In this document: piece after piece, positions 32,369-45,564 of the stretch | Numbering within the stretch: position 1 is the first letter of the stretch | How the letters are laid out: each line of letters starts with the position of its first letter | Translations under genes and position numbers: made by a program | The notes under the pieces: model-generated | Databases searched by the model: none | Seen by the model: only the letters and a program-made list of their open reading frames with translations | What the model was told of the DNA's origin: nothing | Source of the DNA: Penicillus capitatus | Taxonomy: Eukaryota; Plantae; Chlorophyta | Assembly (NCBI GenBank): GCA_965649825.1 | Contig: OZ287696.1 | Location: forward strand, 1,398,081 to 1,462,080 | Direction of reading: 5' to 3' | Length of the DNA stretch: 64,000 nucleotides

Positions 32369-33931
32369 TCACTTTTCGGACTCTCTCGCTTTGTTACGCA
32401 GTGCTTTGATGTCTTCTCTTGCGGAAGAGCACATCGTATCCAACAACTCCATGACAAACGTTTCCAGCTTGTCGGGATGGATGTTGGGCATCACCACCAC
32501 ATGGGCCACATCTCCTTGACAAGCCAACTGCCATTTTTTAATGAATGCTGAATCTCTGGGACGCTCGAAGACGACAGTGTTGGAGAGAGGATTCAGCATG
32601 ACTGGAATTCTGGCGCGTTCCAGCATCGACTTCAGCAGGAGTGCGTTTCTCATGCACTTCTCCACATCCTGTAATGACAGAAACATATGTGCCGTCTGTA
32701 CACGGAATGCATTTTGTGATGTGACCTTTCTCAATCCACTGTAGCCTTTGGTGCTGAGCGTGTACCACATGTAGATAGCGGCATGGCCATTTCGGGATCC
32801 CATGATGGTGGCATCGCGCGAATTGAGGTACTCGATTTCACTCGATAGAGCACGGATGTGGCGCAGACGGGTGATCACGACACCGCACGGAACTGGGGCA
32901 CCGATGAATTTGTGTCCAGAGACGGAGACCGAACCGATCGGTTTCTTAAAGGTCACCATCGGCTCGTCGCCTCTTCTCAGAAACGGAATCATCAAACCAA
33001 AGAGCGCACCATCGCAATGAATGTAGAAGCGATTCTCAGTGAATCCCGCCGCTGCAAGGACGTCCAAAATTTGGTCCAGATCATCGACTGCACCCTTCAC
33101 TGTCGTGCCGATGTTGACATTGAGTATCGCAGGCAGTGTGCTATTCTTGATCAAAGCTGCTTTGAGTTCTTCGTAGTCAATTTCGCCTGTCGTCGTCGTT
33201 GGGATTTTCTCACACTTCATGCGGTACATACGAGCCGCTTTGAACACGGAATAGTGTGATTCGGTTGATGCGTACAAAATGCCTGAGCACAGAAACAGAA
33301 TGGCGTATGTCCGATGATGTGACGGATAGCAGAGAAGGCACCGTTCGGGAAATTCTCTCGGCCGACGTAGATTCCGTGCAGATTCCCTTCGGTGCCACAG
33401 TTGGTGATGTAACCCCAGAACTCGGCGATGTCAATCTCCCACAGCTTTGCGAACCATTCCAACACGCCCACCTGCCACGCGACATGATCACGATTGTCGG
33501 TACGATCGGCGTCGAACTTCGTAAGGACGCGAGTGGACACCATAGTTGCTTTCGATGAACGGATCTCCGAGGTTGTTGATGCAATAGTGCGTCAAGCCAT
33601 GGAGGCCTTCGAAATCGAAGTCTAAATTGTAGGGGTAGCCCATGTGTGTCTCGCGACGTTCTGCCAAGACACGTTCGTAGGCCCTGATGGTCTCTTTTGC
33701 TTTTTCGACGCGATCCTAAAGGAATGCGCCCGTCGGCGCAGTTTTTCTAGATAATGGCGGCGATGTCACCTCCGCATCTGTGTCGTCCCCGTCATCGCCG
33801 CCGGGGTCAGGCAGCACAGGTTGGACATCGGAACGGTAATGGATGTCGAGTCCCGTATACGGCAGCGCCTGATACGGAGCGATGGGTTCGGTGTCTAGCG
33901 AATGGTTCAGAGAAAGGTTATCGTCCCTCAT
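32369..33931 (-). CDS. SDC: Serine decarboxylase (PLP-dependent, histidine decarboxylase family)
   Basis: [93 protein letters not shown]. Confidence 0.93.
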
Positions 33932-33986
33932 ACTGTGGCGTTGTCGTTTCGACGAAGACGATTAGGGCAATAGATATGGGCGGCCT

Positions 33987-35590
33987 TCACTTCACGGGAG
34001 TCATGCTGCCATCCGTCACATCAGACAAGACGTCGAAGTATGTCGGAAACGTCTTGCGGATGCAGTTCGGATCGAGAATCGTCACCGTTTGTCCCGAACA
34101 AGCTGCTAGCGAAAACGCCATTGCTATCCGATGATCATCGTACGTTTCGATCGACGCCGAACGGAACTGCAAAACGATCGACGATCAGCGAAATACCATT
34201 GTGCACTGAGTACCTGTGCTGGCGGCGTGATCCGACAGAAATCGTGTCCCTCTTCGACGATTGCGCCCAATTTGCGCAGTTCCGTCACGATTGCCTTCAT
34301 TCGCTCTGTTTCTTTCAAACGCCAATTGTAGACATTCCGAATCGTAGTGGTGCCTTTGGCAAAGAGGGCCAAGACTGCCAGAGTCATAGCAGCATCAGGG
34401 ATATCGTTGCAGTCTTCATCCACAGCCACGAGATGACGCGAACTGGATCCGTCAACAGTGATGCTGTGTGGTGACCACATAACACGCGCGCCCATTCTTT
34501 CCAGGACTTTTGCAAAACGGATATCGCCTTGTAAGCTGTCACTTCCGCAGCCGTGAACCGTCACCCGTCCTCCGGTAATGGCAGCGCCGGCCAGAAAGTA
34601 CGTGGCTGACGATGCGTCTCCTTCGATGAAGGCTTCTCCGGGCGATTGATAGACTTGATCTCCTGGAACGAGAATTCGATGGAGGCCGTCCTCGAGATGC
34701 ACATCGACGCCGAATCTCTGCATCAGTTTGATCGTCATGTGCACATACGGTGCGGAGACGAGGTCATCCACGATCTTGATTACGACATCTCCACCTCGCG
34801 TCAATGGAGTCGCCATTAGCAACGCCGTCAAAAATTGACTGCTGGCAGATCCTCTGAGTTGGATGGTGCCCGGTTTCAGTCCTCGTGCGTAAAGAGAGAC
34901 AGGAGGACAGCCTGTTCCAGCAGTACATTCGATATCGACACCGAGTTGTGTCAGTCCCTCGACGAGATCTTGAATCGGCCGTTCACGCATGCGTGGAATG
35001 CCGTCCAGCGTGAAGTGACCAGATCCTGCAGCGGCTACAGCAGCAGTGAGCGGTCGCATCGCGGTACCAGCGTTTCCTAGAAACAGATCGCCTCCTTCTG
35101 TTGGAAATCGTCCCTCGCATCCACGGACAGTCATCTCAGCAGATGTCCGATTCTCGACGATCTTGATGCCCAACTGTTGCAATGCGGCAACCATGACACG
35201 GACATCGTCACTGTCCTATTGCATGACGGCTTTTGTTTTGAGCGACACGATGTGACGTTACCAAGAGATTCTGAAGTCGTGTCTGGCCTCTCGAGAGGGC
35301 GGCTAGAAGAAGTGTTCGATTGGAGAGCGATTTGGAGCCGGGTAAAGAAACCGTTCCTTCAAACTTGGAGATAGGGTTCAGTATGAGTTTCTCTAAGGCG
35401 ATGGGCAGACAGATCAGAATAGCAGTGAATGGACAGATTCACCTGCGGTGCCAACATCTAGCGCCTGTGCACTAGTCCTATGCCGCCCCAATCGACGTTG
35501 ATAAACGTCGACTTTCCGATATCGAACACGGAGACAAGGCGGGCTAGATAAGCGAACTCCATTGGGTCGGGAAAAAGGACGAAGTTGCAT
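33987..35590 (-). CDS. aroA: Plastid EPSP synthase
   Basis: Transit peptide [11 protein letters not shown]...; [76 protein letters not shown]. Confidence 0.96.
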
Positions 35591-35814
35591 TGCACGTTTT
35601 TGGTCGCGTCGAACTGCCGAGAACGATTGCTTGATGTGACGTTTCGACCGCTCGATTAATCGATCGATTCATCAATCAATCGACAACAAGTGAAAGCGAC
35701 GTGTTTGAGCAAACGTGTGTCTGGAGAACCCTTTCAGGAAAAATTCGATGTCGCTGTCCATTCTGTCCATGCCCATACACAAGGACTGTCACGTCAGATC
35801 TCAGAAATTTCTTT

Positions 35815-37019
35815 CTAACACTTCCATCGGTTCCCACATTGAGTACATGTCACGTATGTCGTCATTGGCTCGTCTGCTGATCGTGTCTGCATTTGGAAAT
35901 ACGTACATCTGGACACAAACAACATCAGACCTCGCACAGAACAGCAGATGTCTTACTTGTTAGCTTTGCATTTCCCACAGGTAAAGGCATCTGTTGTGGC
36001 TGCTTGTTGCAGTCCCCTTTCGCATTCTCTCAGTTTGTTTTTGCGAATATCTTCATTCTGCCTTTTCTTCTCATCGTTTGCCAGTTCTTCAGTTGAAAAA
36101 TTTACGAGCATCTCTCCAGTGATCTCCCCCCTCAGCACTCTAGACACACTCCATTAACCCGATATGTCATTGGAAGGGCGATCGCACCGTCGTCTAAGGG
36201 AGCCATTTTTGGGATCTTTTAAATTGTATAACAGTGTGCGGAATTTGTTTCGATACTCGTCTCGATTCGAATCGCCATTCTGCTTAAAAACTGCCTTCTC
36301 GATTTCCATCCCTGCCGTTGCGCTGTCCACCACGACATCGTTCATCTTCCCCTCTTCATTCTGCAATATCTGAGCGAACTAACCATCACACATTCATTCA
36401 GATGAGTGTCCATGACAGCAGATATCCACCTTGTTACGTGCGACATCCCGAGCACGGTTCTCCGTTTTAGACATTCCCACAGAATTCACACTATTCTTGC
36501 GGGATAGAGACGATACAGGTGGCAATCCTGAGACTACCGAAACCTAATGTACAAGATTCTCCGATACAGGATGCGTTTACTGCTCGAAGAGACATCGCCT
36601 CGACTTATCGAGCCTCCATCTGTCGTCGAATGTCCAGTCACCGGAGCATCTGAGCGTCTCGGAGATATCTGATCCGAAGAGAACGCCTCTGACGGGGTCC
36701 TTTCGATGACCGTTTTAGAAAAAGCCCTTTTCGCAAAATCTCGCGTCGCCTGCCTGTCTTCTTCGAGGATACGCGCCTTCCACACTTGGATGACGTTTTT
36801 GGCCGCGCGGGAGATGTCGAGGATGCGGCTTTTGTAGAGGCGTTTCACCTGCTTTCCGCCTTTAGTCTTCGATAGTAACTGCGGCGTAACTGCGAAGCTC
36901 TCGAGCTCCTTCAAAGCACCGATAACGCGTTCGACTTCCACGCTCCCCTCTCCATTGTCGATGTCTGCTGATTTGAGCGCAGTGGTGACAAGCTTGAGGA
37001 ACTGCTCCGACGTCGACAT
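35815..37019 (-). CDS. TFIIS: Transcription elongation factor TFIIS
   Basis: N-terminal domain [16 protein letters not shown]; central [19 protein letters not shown]; Zn ribbon [34 protein letters not shown]. Confidence 0.93.
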
Positions 37020-37661
37020 GCCAAAAACTCCGGACTGAAAGGGACCGTACTCATCAAGGATCGACCATTTTCAGATGTCGGGGATCGACAATGAACATCA
37101 ACTTGCGACGCCAGATAATCGACATCGTTGTCCTGTGCAGACGGATATGTGTCAGCGGAATCGACGCCTCCAGCGCTATTAGTAGAAGGTTGAAACAAAG
37201 ATGCTTGTTCCACGAGACACCTCTAGATGACGTCGACCGATGTGGCTGTTTTCGTCATTTTTGGTTTAAACTTGGAGCAGTTTAAGTATTGAGTGTTTGT
37301 TATTGATGTTGTAGTTTGGATTAGGGATGGTGTGGAGTTACTTGTTTGGACTTCACATTAGATCTTTTTGTTCGAATTGTTTGTGCCCATCAGCCTTGAC
37401 GCCGATCCATACGATCTGCTAAAGAATGTCCCCATGCTGCAGTTGTATATATAACGACGAGGAGTTTCGTGGTTGTGAAGTTAAGTGATTCTCCAAATTA
37501 TCGACGATTGAGAAAATGGCACCTGTTTCAGGGTTACCCTGGTAAGCTGTCATTTCGACGATACTTGAAATCGTAGAATCGTGCGAAATCCGAAATCGGT
37601 ACCCGTGAGGCGATTGAACAGACGAAGCGACCCGGTACAATCGGAAGTACGATCGGTGGGA

Positions 37662-37801
37662 ATCGAACTCATCGAAATCGATCGAACACGTCGCAGATGC
37701 GATTGTCTACATCAGACTCATCGACATCGATCGAACACGTCGTAAAGGCGATCGACGTCATCGAACTCATCGACATCGATCGAACACGTCGTAAAGGCGA
37801 T
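37662..37801. repeat. Three-copy tandem repeat, 49-bp period
   Basis: Core ACTCATCGACATCGATCGAACACGTCGTAAAGGCGAT starts at 37716 and 37765, with a diverged copy at 37667. Confidence 0.85.
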
Positions 37802-39104
37802 GACAGATGTCGTCGTCTGCCTTGCAAGTAATACTTATGAGTTCACAGTTGCTCCAAAGAAGACACAGAAACTGAATCGTCGTCCGATACTTCTCTGCCG
37901 ACGTAACGAATAACGCAGCTAAAGATGCAGTAGTGGAACGGACGAGATCGAAGGCCAAAGGCATATCGAAGCCAACCAGAATCCGTTTTCCCTTTTTGCA
38001 TAATCTGCAAAGCAGAACTGCAAACTAGAGAACTTTCTATTTCGGCTCTCGATTGACGCGATCAATCGATTTGAAATTCGACGAAACCCATTATCGACGT
38101 TTGGTGTCGAAAACGCCAGTTGGCGTTCATCGTCAATTACCTTCTTCCTCTCACGACATCGCCACTTACCGAAAAAGTTGTCAACGACATTCACGGACTT
38201 TGTGTTTCTTTCTATGTTTTCCTTTAACGCTCGAAATTCCGCCAACTGGAAAGATCTCTATTATCTTTTACATACGTTTCATGTTGTGACGTCTTCTTGA
38301 TGTCGTTCACGACTACTGCGTAGATATTCACAGATTTGACAGCGATTGATGATCACGAAAAGCGCAACGGCAGGAATATCTAATGGGAATAATCAGAATA
38401 GTAATCAACAGTGATTGACAAAAAGCACATCGTCATCGAAGAACTCGAACTCAGAAATCTGACGCGTCGCGACGCGAGAGTGTAAGAATTCCATTGCTCT
38501 TACACGACCGACGGGAAGCACATTGTACAACGGATAGACAGCAACGGAATTCTCTTGCGGGTTGTTGTATTTGGCAGCATTCGGGGACAATGACAGCGAC
38601 AGATCGCGCCTCTTCCGCTGATTCGTCTTCGATACACAGCTTTCGAATGGCGCAGCAAGTGTTCATCAAAACCCAACATCCATCGCAGAGAGTGTCGTGC
38701 TCTTTTCAGCACAATTTCTTATCGCTAAGATTGCTCCAGAAAAAAATGCCATCTGCTGATATCGTCTATAAATTTCCACATGAGACGCTGACAAAGCGCG
38801 TTATCTGACTTTGAAAAATAGACTCATGATGTAAAGCTACTAGTTGAGTCATCTAGATATCGATAACCGACAAAAGAAGTCCTAGACGCCGGTCAGCATA
38901 GAACACCACCCCTATGTCCGTTATTCGACTTGACATATCGTGCAACTGAGGAGACGCCAGAACACTCACTAACACAATCGAGTGTGCTCCCGAAAAATTG
39001 ACAATCACGAAATGATATAATAAGAACATCAAGCTAGACAAGTACCACAAAAGGCTATGCCAGGCTTATATACTGACAGGTTCGACATGACAGAAAAAAA
39101 CCGT

Positions 39105-39620
39105 CTAGATTCGTACTGTGTAAACAGGACCGCCTTGCGGGGCAAGCGAAACCGCGTTCTCGTAGGACAACGCTTCTGGCCCTCTTTGAGCAAATGCCAT
39201 GTTGTTGGTTAGCATGTTTCTTGTTGATCCGTATGTGGACCGACCTTCTGTTGGCCTGACAGCGGACACGCTTCCGCAGAAGCAACATGAAATCAAACAG
39301 GCAGTCATGAATCCAACCCCTATCACCGTTATGAGTGCCACCGAGACGGCAACGACGCCGTTGAAGACCCGAATTGGCTCTTCACAGAAACCGATTTCAT
39401 CCTGGATATCGAGGCGAAGAAAATTGCGCCGGCAGTAACAGAGACCAGGACCACACAGGAAAGTGTTTTCTCGGCAACGCGTCTCGCTGTCGCAACGGCA
39501 TTTTTGCTCGGGAGGGAAACTCAACACCAGAGCAATGTCCAACAACAAACACACGGCAACGACGCAGGCGAGTCCTAAGGATAACCGGAGCGAGGCGCAG
39601 CAGGCAATGTGTGCCACCAT
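39105..39620 (-). CDS. Small membrane protein: hydrophobic helix, Cys-rich loop, second helix, Cys-rich juxtamembrane tail
   Basis: Single 171-aa ORF: LGLACVVAVCLLLDIALVLSF, CRCDSETRC..C....C.C, then VVAVSVALITVIGVGFMTACLISCCFC. Confidence 0.6.
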   Translation of the reverse strand: MVAHIACCASLRLSLGLACVVAVCLLLDIALVLSFPPEQKCRCDSETRCRENTFLCGPGLCYCRRNFLRLDIQDEIGFCEEPIRVFNGVVAVSVALITVIGVGFMTACLISCCFCGSVSAVRPTEGRSTYGSTRNMLTNNMAFAQRGPEALSYENAVSLAPQGGPVYTVRI

Positions 39621-39730
39621 ATAGCACTGCTGGGGAAAAAACAGACCGCAACGCTGGGGAAGGAAGACGCTTTTCGGATGACAAGGAACTGTTCTATTGA
39701 AATGAGAGTCGGGATCCCATCATTTGAAGC

Positions 39731-41398
39731 ATGGCTCGTGTCCATTCGGTCGGACGTTTAGTTCTCAGTACCGTGCCATCGACGGCGATCGTCGCACGCG
39801 GCTGTCGTTCGCGGCCACGTGCGATGACGATCCGTAGCGTCTCAACCAACGGCACTGGAGACGAGACGTACGACTACGACCTCTTTACTATTGGCGCAGG
39901 CAGTGGCGGCGTCCGTGCCGCTCGTCAATCGGCCTCGCGCGGTACCGCCTCTGACTTCTACGCCATCGCATACAACGACCTCGTGTCTGCTCAGGAGCCC
40001 GTGTGGCTATATGCGAACTGCCCTATGCCTACGTCTCTTCCGAGAAGACCGGAGGTGTGGGTGGTACATGTGTCCTCCGTGGCTGTGTGCCCAAGAAACT
40101 GATGGTCTACGGATCTGAATTTGCTACAGACTTTAAAGACAGTCAAGGCTTCGGCTGGAGAACAGACGCGGCACCACAGCATGACTGGCAGACACTGCTG
40201 ATGAACAAACGGAAAGAATTGGATCGTCTGAACGGCGTCTACAAGCGTCTGTTGGATGGATCCGGTGTTGAACTGATAGAAGGACGCGGATCTGTTGTGG
40301 ACGCACACACCGTTCAAGTCAACGACCAAACTTACACAGTAAAACACAGCAGATGATGTCCAGTCCCTCTTCAGAACAAAACGACAGGCGAAGTACATCT
40401 TGGTGGCCACAGGAGGCCGAGCACAGAAGCTCAAGATTCCTGGAGCTGAGTACTGCATCACAAGCGACGAGGCATTGGAATTGCAGACGTGCCCAAAGAA
40501 GATTGTGATCGTGGGAGGCGGCTATATTGCCGTGGAGTTTGCAGGAATTTTCAACAGCTTTGGTGCCGAAACGCACTTGATGTACCGTGCCGATCGTCCC
40601 CTAAGAGGATTCGATGAAGAAACGCGCACGTTCATTACAGAACAGTTCAAGGAAGAGGGACTCCTTCTCCATCCCGGATGCAAACCACAAAATATCCAGC
40701 AACTGTCAGATGGGACTTACGACATTTCTGCGGTCGACGGGGACGGGAAAACATTCACGATCTCGAATGCCGATCAGATCATGATGGCGACAGGACGTCT
40801 GCCCAATACAGCTGGACTGGGACTCGAGACTGTCGGTGTACAGCTCGACAAGAAATCGGCCATCCAAGTGGATGCTCTGTCACAGAGCTCAGTTAGCAGT
40901 ATCTATGCCGTGGGTGATGTCACGGACCGCATTGCCTTGACGCCCGTGGCTTTGATGGAAGCGATGGCTTTGACCAAAACACTCTTCGACGAGGAACCGA
41001 CCGAAGCGGATCACAGGAACGTTGCCAGCGCCGTGTTCTCTCAGCCTCCACTGGCAACAGTCGGTTTCACAGAAGAGGAGGCGATTGAAGCTTTTGGTGA
41101 CGTGGACATCTACACAGCAGCATTTCGCCCACTCAAGAACACCGTTTCGGGCAATGATGGTCGAGCGTTTATGAAGCTAGTGGTGGACGTCGCGTCGGAT
41201 CGGGTCATCGGTGTGCACATGGTTGGGCACGATTCAGCCGAGATCATGCAAGGAATGGGCGTCGCCGTCAAGATGGGCGTGACGAAGAAACAGTTAGACT
41301 GCGTTGTGGGCATCCACCCCACAGCCGCAGAAGAATTTGTGACGATGCGATCTGTCACACGACAGATTCGAAACAAAGAACGGGTGAAGGTGGCGTGA
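39731..41398 (+). CDS. GR: Glutathione reductase (organelle-targeted)
   Basis: YDYDLFTIGAGSGGVRA, redox motif GGTCVLRGCVPKK, GGGYIAVEFA, AVGDVTDR, GIHPTAAEEFVTMR. Confidence 0.96.
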
Positions 41399-41411
41399 AT
41401 CATCGTTATTT

Positions 41412-43634
41412 TCATGCCATGTCCGGCATCGCTTTTGTGCTCTCGACTGCTGTTGTCGACGAATGTTTTTGAATCCATGTACAGTATTCCAGTGCCTGCT
41501 TCGTCTGCTGAAATTCTGGCCATCTCAATGTGACGTGACAGCGGATGACGTCCTTGACAAAAGAAAGGGGAAACTGCTCGTTCTCCTCTGGAAAGGATCT
41601 TCTGCATTGTGCCATTATGCTTTGCAGAATGTGATCAGGGTTTTCCAGGTACTCGGTCAGGATTATGGACTTCAGCTCTTCCACAGGGATGACCCTCTGC
41701 TTTTCCGGAAAGCTCTGCGTGGATTTTTGCTCGAGATGACGAAAGAGCGTCACCAGACATGTCTCGCACATCTGCAGGAAGCTTCGCAGAGTCCACACGC
41801 GGATCTCATCGATCATCTCTCGTTGTCCTTCTAAAGAGATCGATGGCTTTGCTTGAAGCTTCTCAAAGAACTGCAAGATTTCTGCAGGGAGTCTGCTTGG
41901 CGAGAACAGCTGCATGACTCCGCGCACGTGTCCGATGTCCATCTCCACTGTTCCTGTGATCCAAAAGTCATAACGACGGGCAAGAAGAGCATATATACGA
42001 GAGGAGTGCTGAAGTTCAAGGAGAACAGCATCGAGATCTTGACTGAAATGCAGGAAATGCATGAGAGTGCCATCGGTGACATCTCCCTGCACTGTTTTCC
42101 AAAATGCTTGAATCAGGGGGCAGTCATCTGCATGTTGCTGGCATGCAAAGAGCAGGAAGTAACCACGTTCCATTGCTTGCTCTGCAGTGTCACAATGGGA
42201 GAGAAAATACTCCAGAAGAAAGGCCCTCATCGGAGCATGGCCTTTTTCTGCTTCAAACTCCCGTCGCCTCTAAGCAGAAGGGCGTGCGTCGTCGACAGAG
42301 GAAGGCAAAGAAGGCAGACTGCCTGTGCGATGCGCTGCACATTTGCTTTGGTCTCTTTAAGTCCTAAGCTCTCTAACGGGAACAACCTTTCTGTCCTCAA
42401 TAGCCTTGGAATGCTCGCTTCTGTGCCCAGACCACAGATGAACTTGTGACCTGCGGTACGGCAAAGATACAATCAAGAAAAGGAAACCTGTCGATGAGGC
42501 AATACCAGCATCATCGACGATGGAGAGCGAAAAGGGCACTGGGCAAGATTCGTTTCTCAGCAGGGCCTAGCAGCAAAGCATGCGAAAGGTCTCCTCATCT
42601 TCTACACCGTAGCGCTGCGATGACCTTGACGTCCAACTCAGTAAGGCAGGTCGCTGTCTGCGTCTCTGCATGGACACAGGAGAGTACGTTCTGTGTGTCA
42701 CTGTCGTCCTCTTTTGCTGTCTGGATTTCGGCAAGAGACTGTGCCAGGAGTTTCTCTTTCTTTAAAAGCACGTCCTGCAATGAAACAGCATCGGCAGATT
42801 ATTCTCGGGGAATGATAAAGTGGCAACCTCGATGGACTGGTGGTCCTTCGTCGCTTGAGCCAGTTCGTCTTTGAGCGTCAGATTCTCTCTTCGGACTTCG
42901 ATAATCTCCAACATGACCACTTCTGCCTCATGAAAAGCTTGGTCTCGAGATCGCTGCAATTCCTGTATGTGCTCTCGTTGACGCAGCATCTCAGTTGCAA
43001 CATGTCCTTCCCTTTCCACCGCCTCATCTGTCTTCTTCGCGCTCTCTTCTAGTCGATCCTGAAATCTTTTCTCAGAACGGCAGGATGATGTAAAGAAAGA
43101 CGTGGGTCTCAATGAGCTCTGCTTCCAATGCTTGCACCGATTCGAGCAGAAGGCCGTTCTCTTCGCGTAGCTTTTCCGCCGCTTCAAAGTAAGGGCATCG
43201 ATCAAATGTCAAACGCCCGTTGGTCGTGACACAGTCTTCGCTATATATGGCAATGACCTGTCCCATCATGCCCATTGATCACACGCCACGATCAACTCGA
43301 AGGTCGCCTACCAGTTGATTCAAGATCTGGCGTAAGACGTCGTTCAGCGGACCCAGATCGGATGAACAGATTTCGTGCAACAGCTAGACACTCCTCTTGA
43401 GCACGCCGGATGTGCGATGGGTCAATTGTGTCTCGCTTGACAGGCAATGGCAGTCGGCAACGGATGTGGTGTTGCATGATCACGTGTCTCGCTCTGCGCC
43501 TCTCGCAGTTTCACTTCGGCGTAGATCGCCAGACTCTGAAACATCTCAAATCGAGTTCGATGCGTCAGTTCATCTGCCTGTTCTCTCCAATCCCTCACGC
43601 GTATCGGTTCTCTGCGCCGCTCAGTTGTATTCAA
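41412..43634 (-). CDS. Coiled-coil protein, possibly TSNAXIP1-like
   Basis: Coiled-coil exons followed by MRAFLLEYFLSH...ERGYFLLFACQQHADDCPLIQAFWKTVQG, resembling the TSNAXIP1 C-terminal region. Start uncertain. Confidence 0.45.
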
Positions 43635-43782
43635 ACGTCACATCATGATCGAAGACGGCGCTCACTCGGCCAGGTTATTCTGTCGATCATCACTGTCCAC
43701 TCCATGGACGCCTGTTAGATGCGGCTGGAGCAGAGGGACCTAAACAGCTATGTCGTGAGGAGCGGATCTCGTTGTCGTCAAG

Positions 43783-43840
43783 TCAAACGCGAAACATGAC
43801 GGCCGGCGGGGGGTGCGAATGTGATGTGACAGCTGTCATC
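43783..43840 (+). repeat. Direct repeat copy A (~55 bp; partner at 49737-49788)
   Basis: TCAAACGCGAAACATGACGGC (21 bp identical) followed by a similar GGGTGCGAA..TGATGTGACAG.TGTC.TC. Confidence 0.85.
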
Positions 43841-44700
43841 GTTTTGGTGTTTAATTCAGGCACATGCGATAAATAGGAGAGCGATGCCTTGGACATCAGC
43901 CCTCGACATCGACGTTGTATTTTCTCCAACACGGGTGTCCAATGTTCGGGAGATCGGTAGCCCAGGGAGCTCCATGACCACGATATGTTCGTGAGTTCCT
44001 GTACATTGTTTCCTGTCTCTGTTGAATCGCCATTTCTGAGAGTATTGCTATGTGTGATGCATCCACGTAATCCAGTTTTGCCCATGACTACAATACATTA
44101 GCCAGACACTGCGTTGTAAACGTCTGTCCGCGATCTTCGCTGCAAATCTGTGCAGAGGAGGTAGAAACGAGGGGATGAATGACCTCGCAACTTTAGTACA
44201 GCAAAAGAGAAGAGACACTGTGACAAAGCAACAGTGCTGAAGCGATGGAGATCTTTCCGTTCGAGTGCTCGCCTTAGGACGCCTTTCATGAATGGCTCCG
44301 AAAGGACCCTTCCCTTTCTCGGCTGTCGAGACTGGTTCAGCAGTGCGAGGGAATGCAAGGTAGAAGTCAGATCGGATCCCTTTGCCTCGCAGAGTGGACC
44401 AGTCCAGTGAACCGTCGTGAGGTTGTGTCATAGATCCTGTGGCATGAGACCTCTTTTAGCACATACATACAGCATTCCTCGAATCTGTTGGATTCTCAGT
44501 CTGTAAAACACTTGAAAAGCTTTCCATTTGGAATACCGACTCTGATTCGCTTTGTAAGTGCCATCGAGGATTTGATCTAGTCTCTGGAGAGAACGTGTTT
44601 TGTGTTCCGGTGTCAAAGACAGGGACTGCCATCGCGCACGGTACAGTGCGACCATACGACATGGCGAGCGAACCAACGTCAGAGAACTGGACAAATCGTC
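43783..44700 (-). pseudogene. Decayed octotricopeptide-repeat (OPR)-like gene
   Basis: OPR-like helices spread over three frames: IRGMLYVCAKRGLMP, DLTSTLHSLALL, FSTVALSQCLFSFAVL, FTTQCLANVL*SWAKLDY, VQELTNISWSWSSLGYRSP, VQGIALLFIACA*. In-frame stops and at least three frameshifts. Confidence 0.65.
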
Positions 44701-45564
44701 ACCGCATGATGCTCGTTGATGACAAAACGCGATAAGACGTTCAGGAACTTCCGCTTTGGCGCTTAACGGTTGTCTGGGAAAGGGTTCTCATAAGAGACCC
44801 TTTCTTCAGAAATTCGCTGCGTTCCGAAGAACGTAGCGGGGCATTGGATATAGTTTTCAACCAGCAATAGTCGCACCTCAGCTTAGCCTCATTGGTTGCG
44901 ACATTGCCCCAAGCGCAAGGATGACGCAACACGAGCAGACAGATTAGATAGTCTGACGCCTTAACTTCCGCTTCTGTTTCGCCAGATCTGTATGGACGGC
45001 GCAAAGCGCCTTCAAAAATTGTGAATACGGCTTTGTTGGGGACGGAGCTCGGTATTCTTTAGTAAAAGGCGAAAGAATAGCACGCCACCAGACCCGACCC
45101 CGCCGCACAACACGCTCCACGACGGAAGTTTTATCGACACAAAACGAACTTCCGCTTAGTCTTTTCGTTCTTCGAGGCAGGATGACTCAACTGACGCGAC
45201 TGGATCGATAAACACTTAAAATAACAGCGATCTTGTGATGTCTGTGTGTCCTTGTCGCGCTTCAGATTCAAAACAACCGACAATCGAGGATAGAGTTCTT
45301 CAGATACAAAACGGTGGTCGTGCTTATGTCTTTGGGGAAGGGTCTTTGTCTGTATCGGGTGTTTTTGTAAGAATATGGGCACTCAGTCCTAGCAGGTTCT
45401 TTGTCAGAGGATCCACCTGTGAAATCTTCTCTTCCATTTCATACAAGCAACCTTCCAGTCTATGAACAGACAAAGGAACTTACACTTCATCACGAATGTC
45501 TCTTTGTGTTGTGTTCCTTGCTTAACAGGCTAATGGTATTACCTTGTGAGTTCTTGGTCAATCG

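Noticed and set aside
36911-37213. 100-aa ORF overlapping the TFIIS start
   Set aside because: It is in a different frame from TFIIS, has no motif, and is plausibly a chance ORF or uORF.
37662-37801. Regularly spaced repeats resembling a CRISPR array
   Set aside because: Eukaryotic context, near-contiguous tandem units without unique spacers, and no cas genes.
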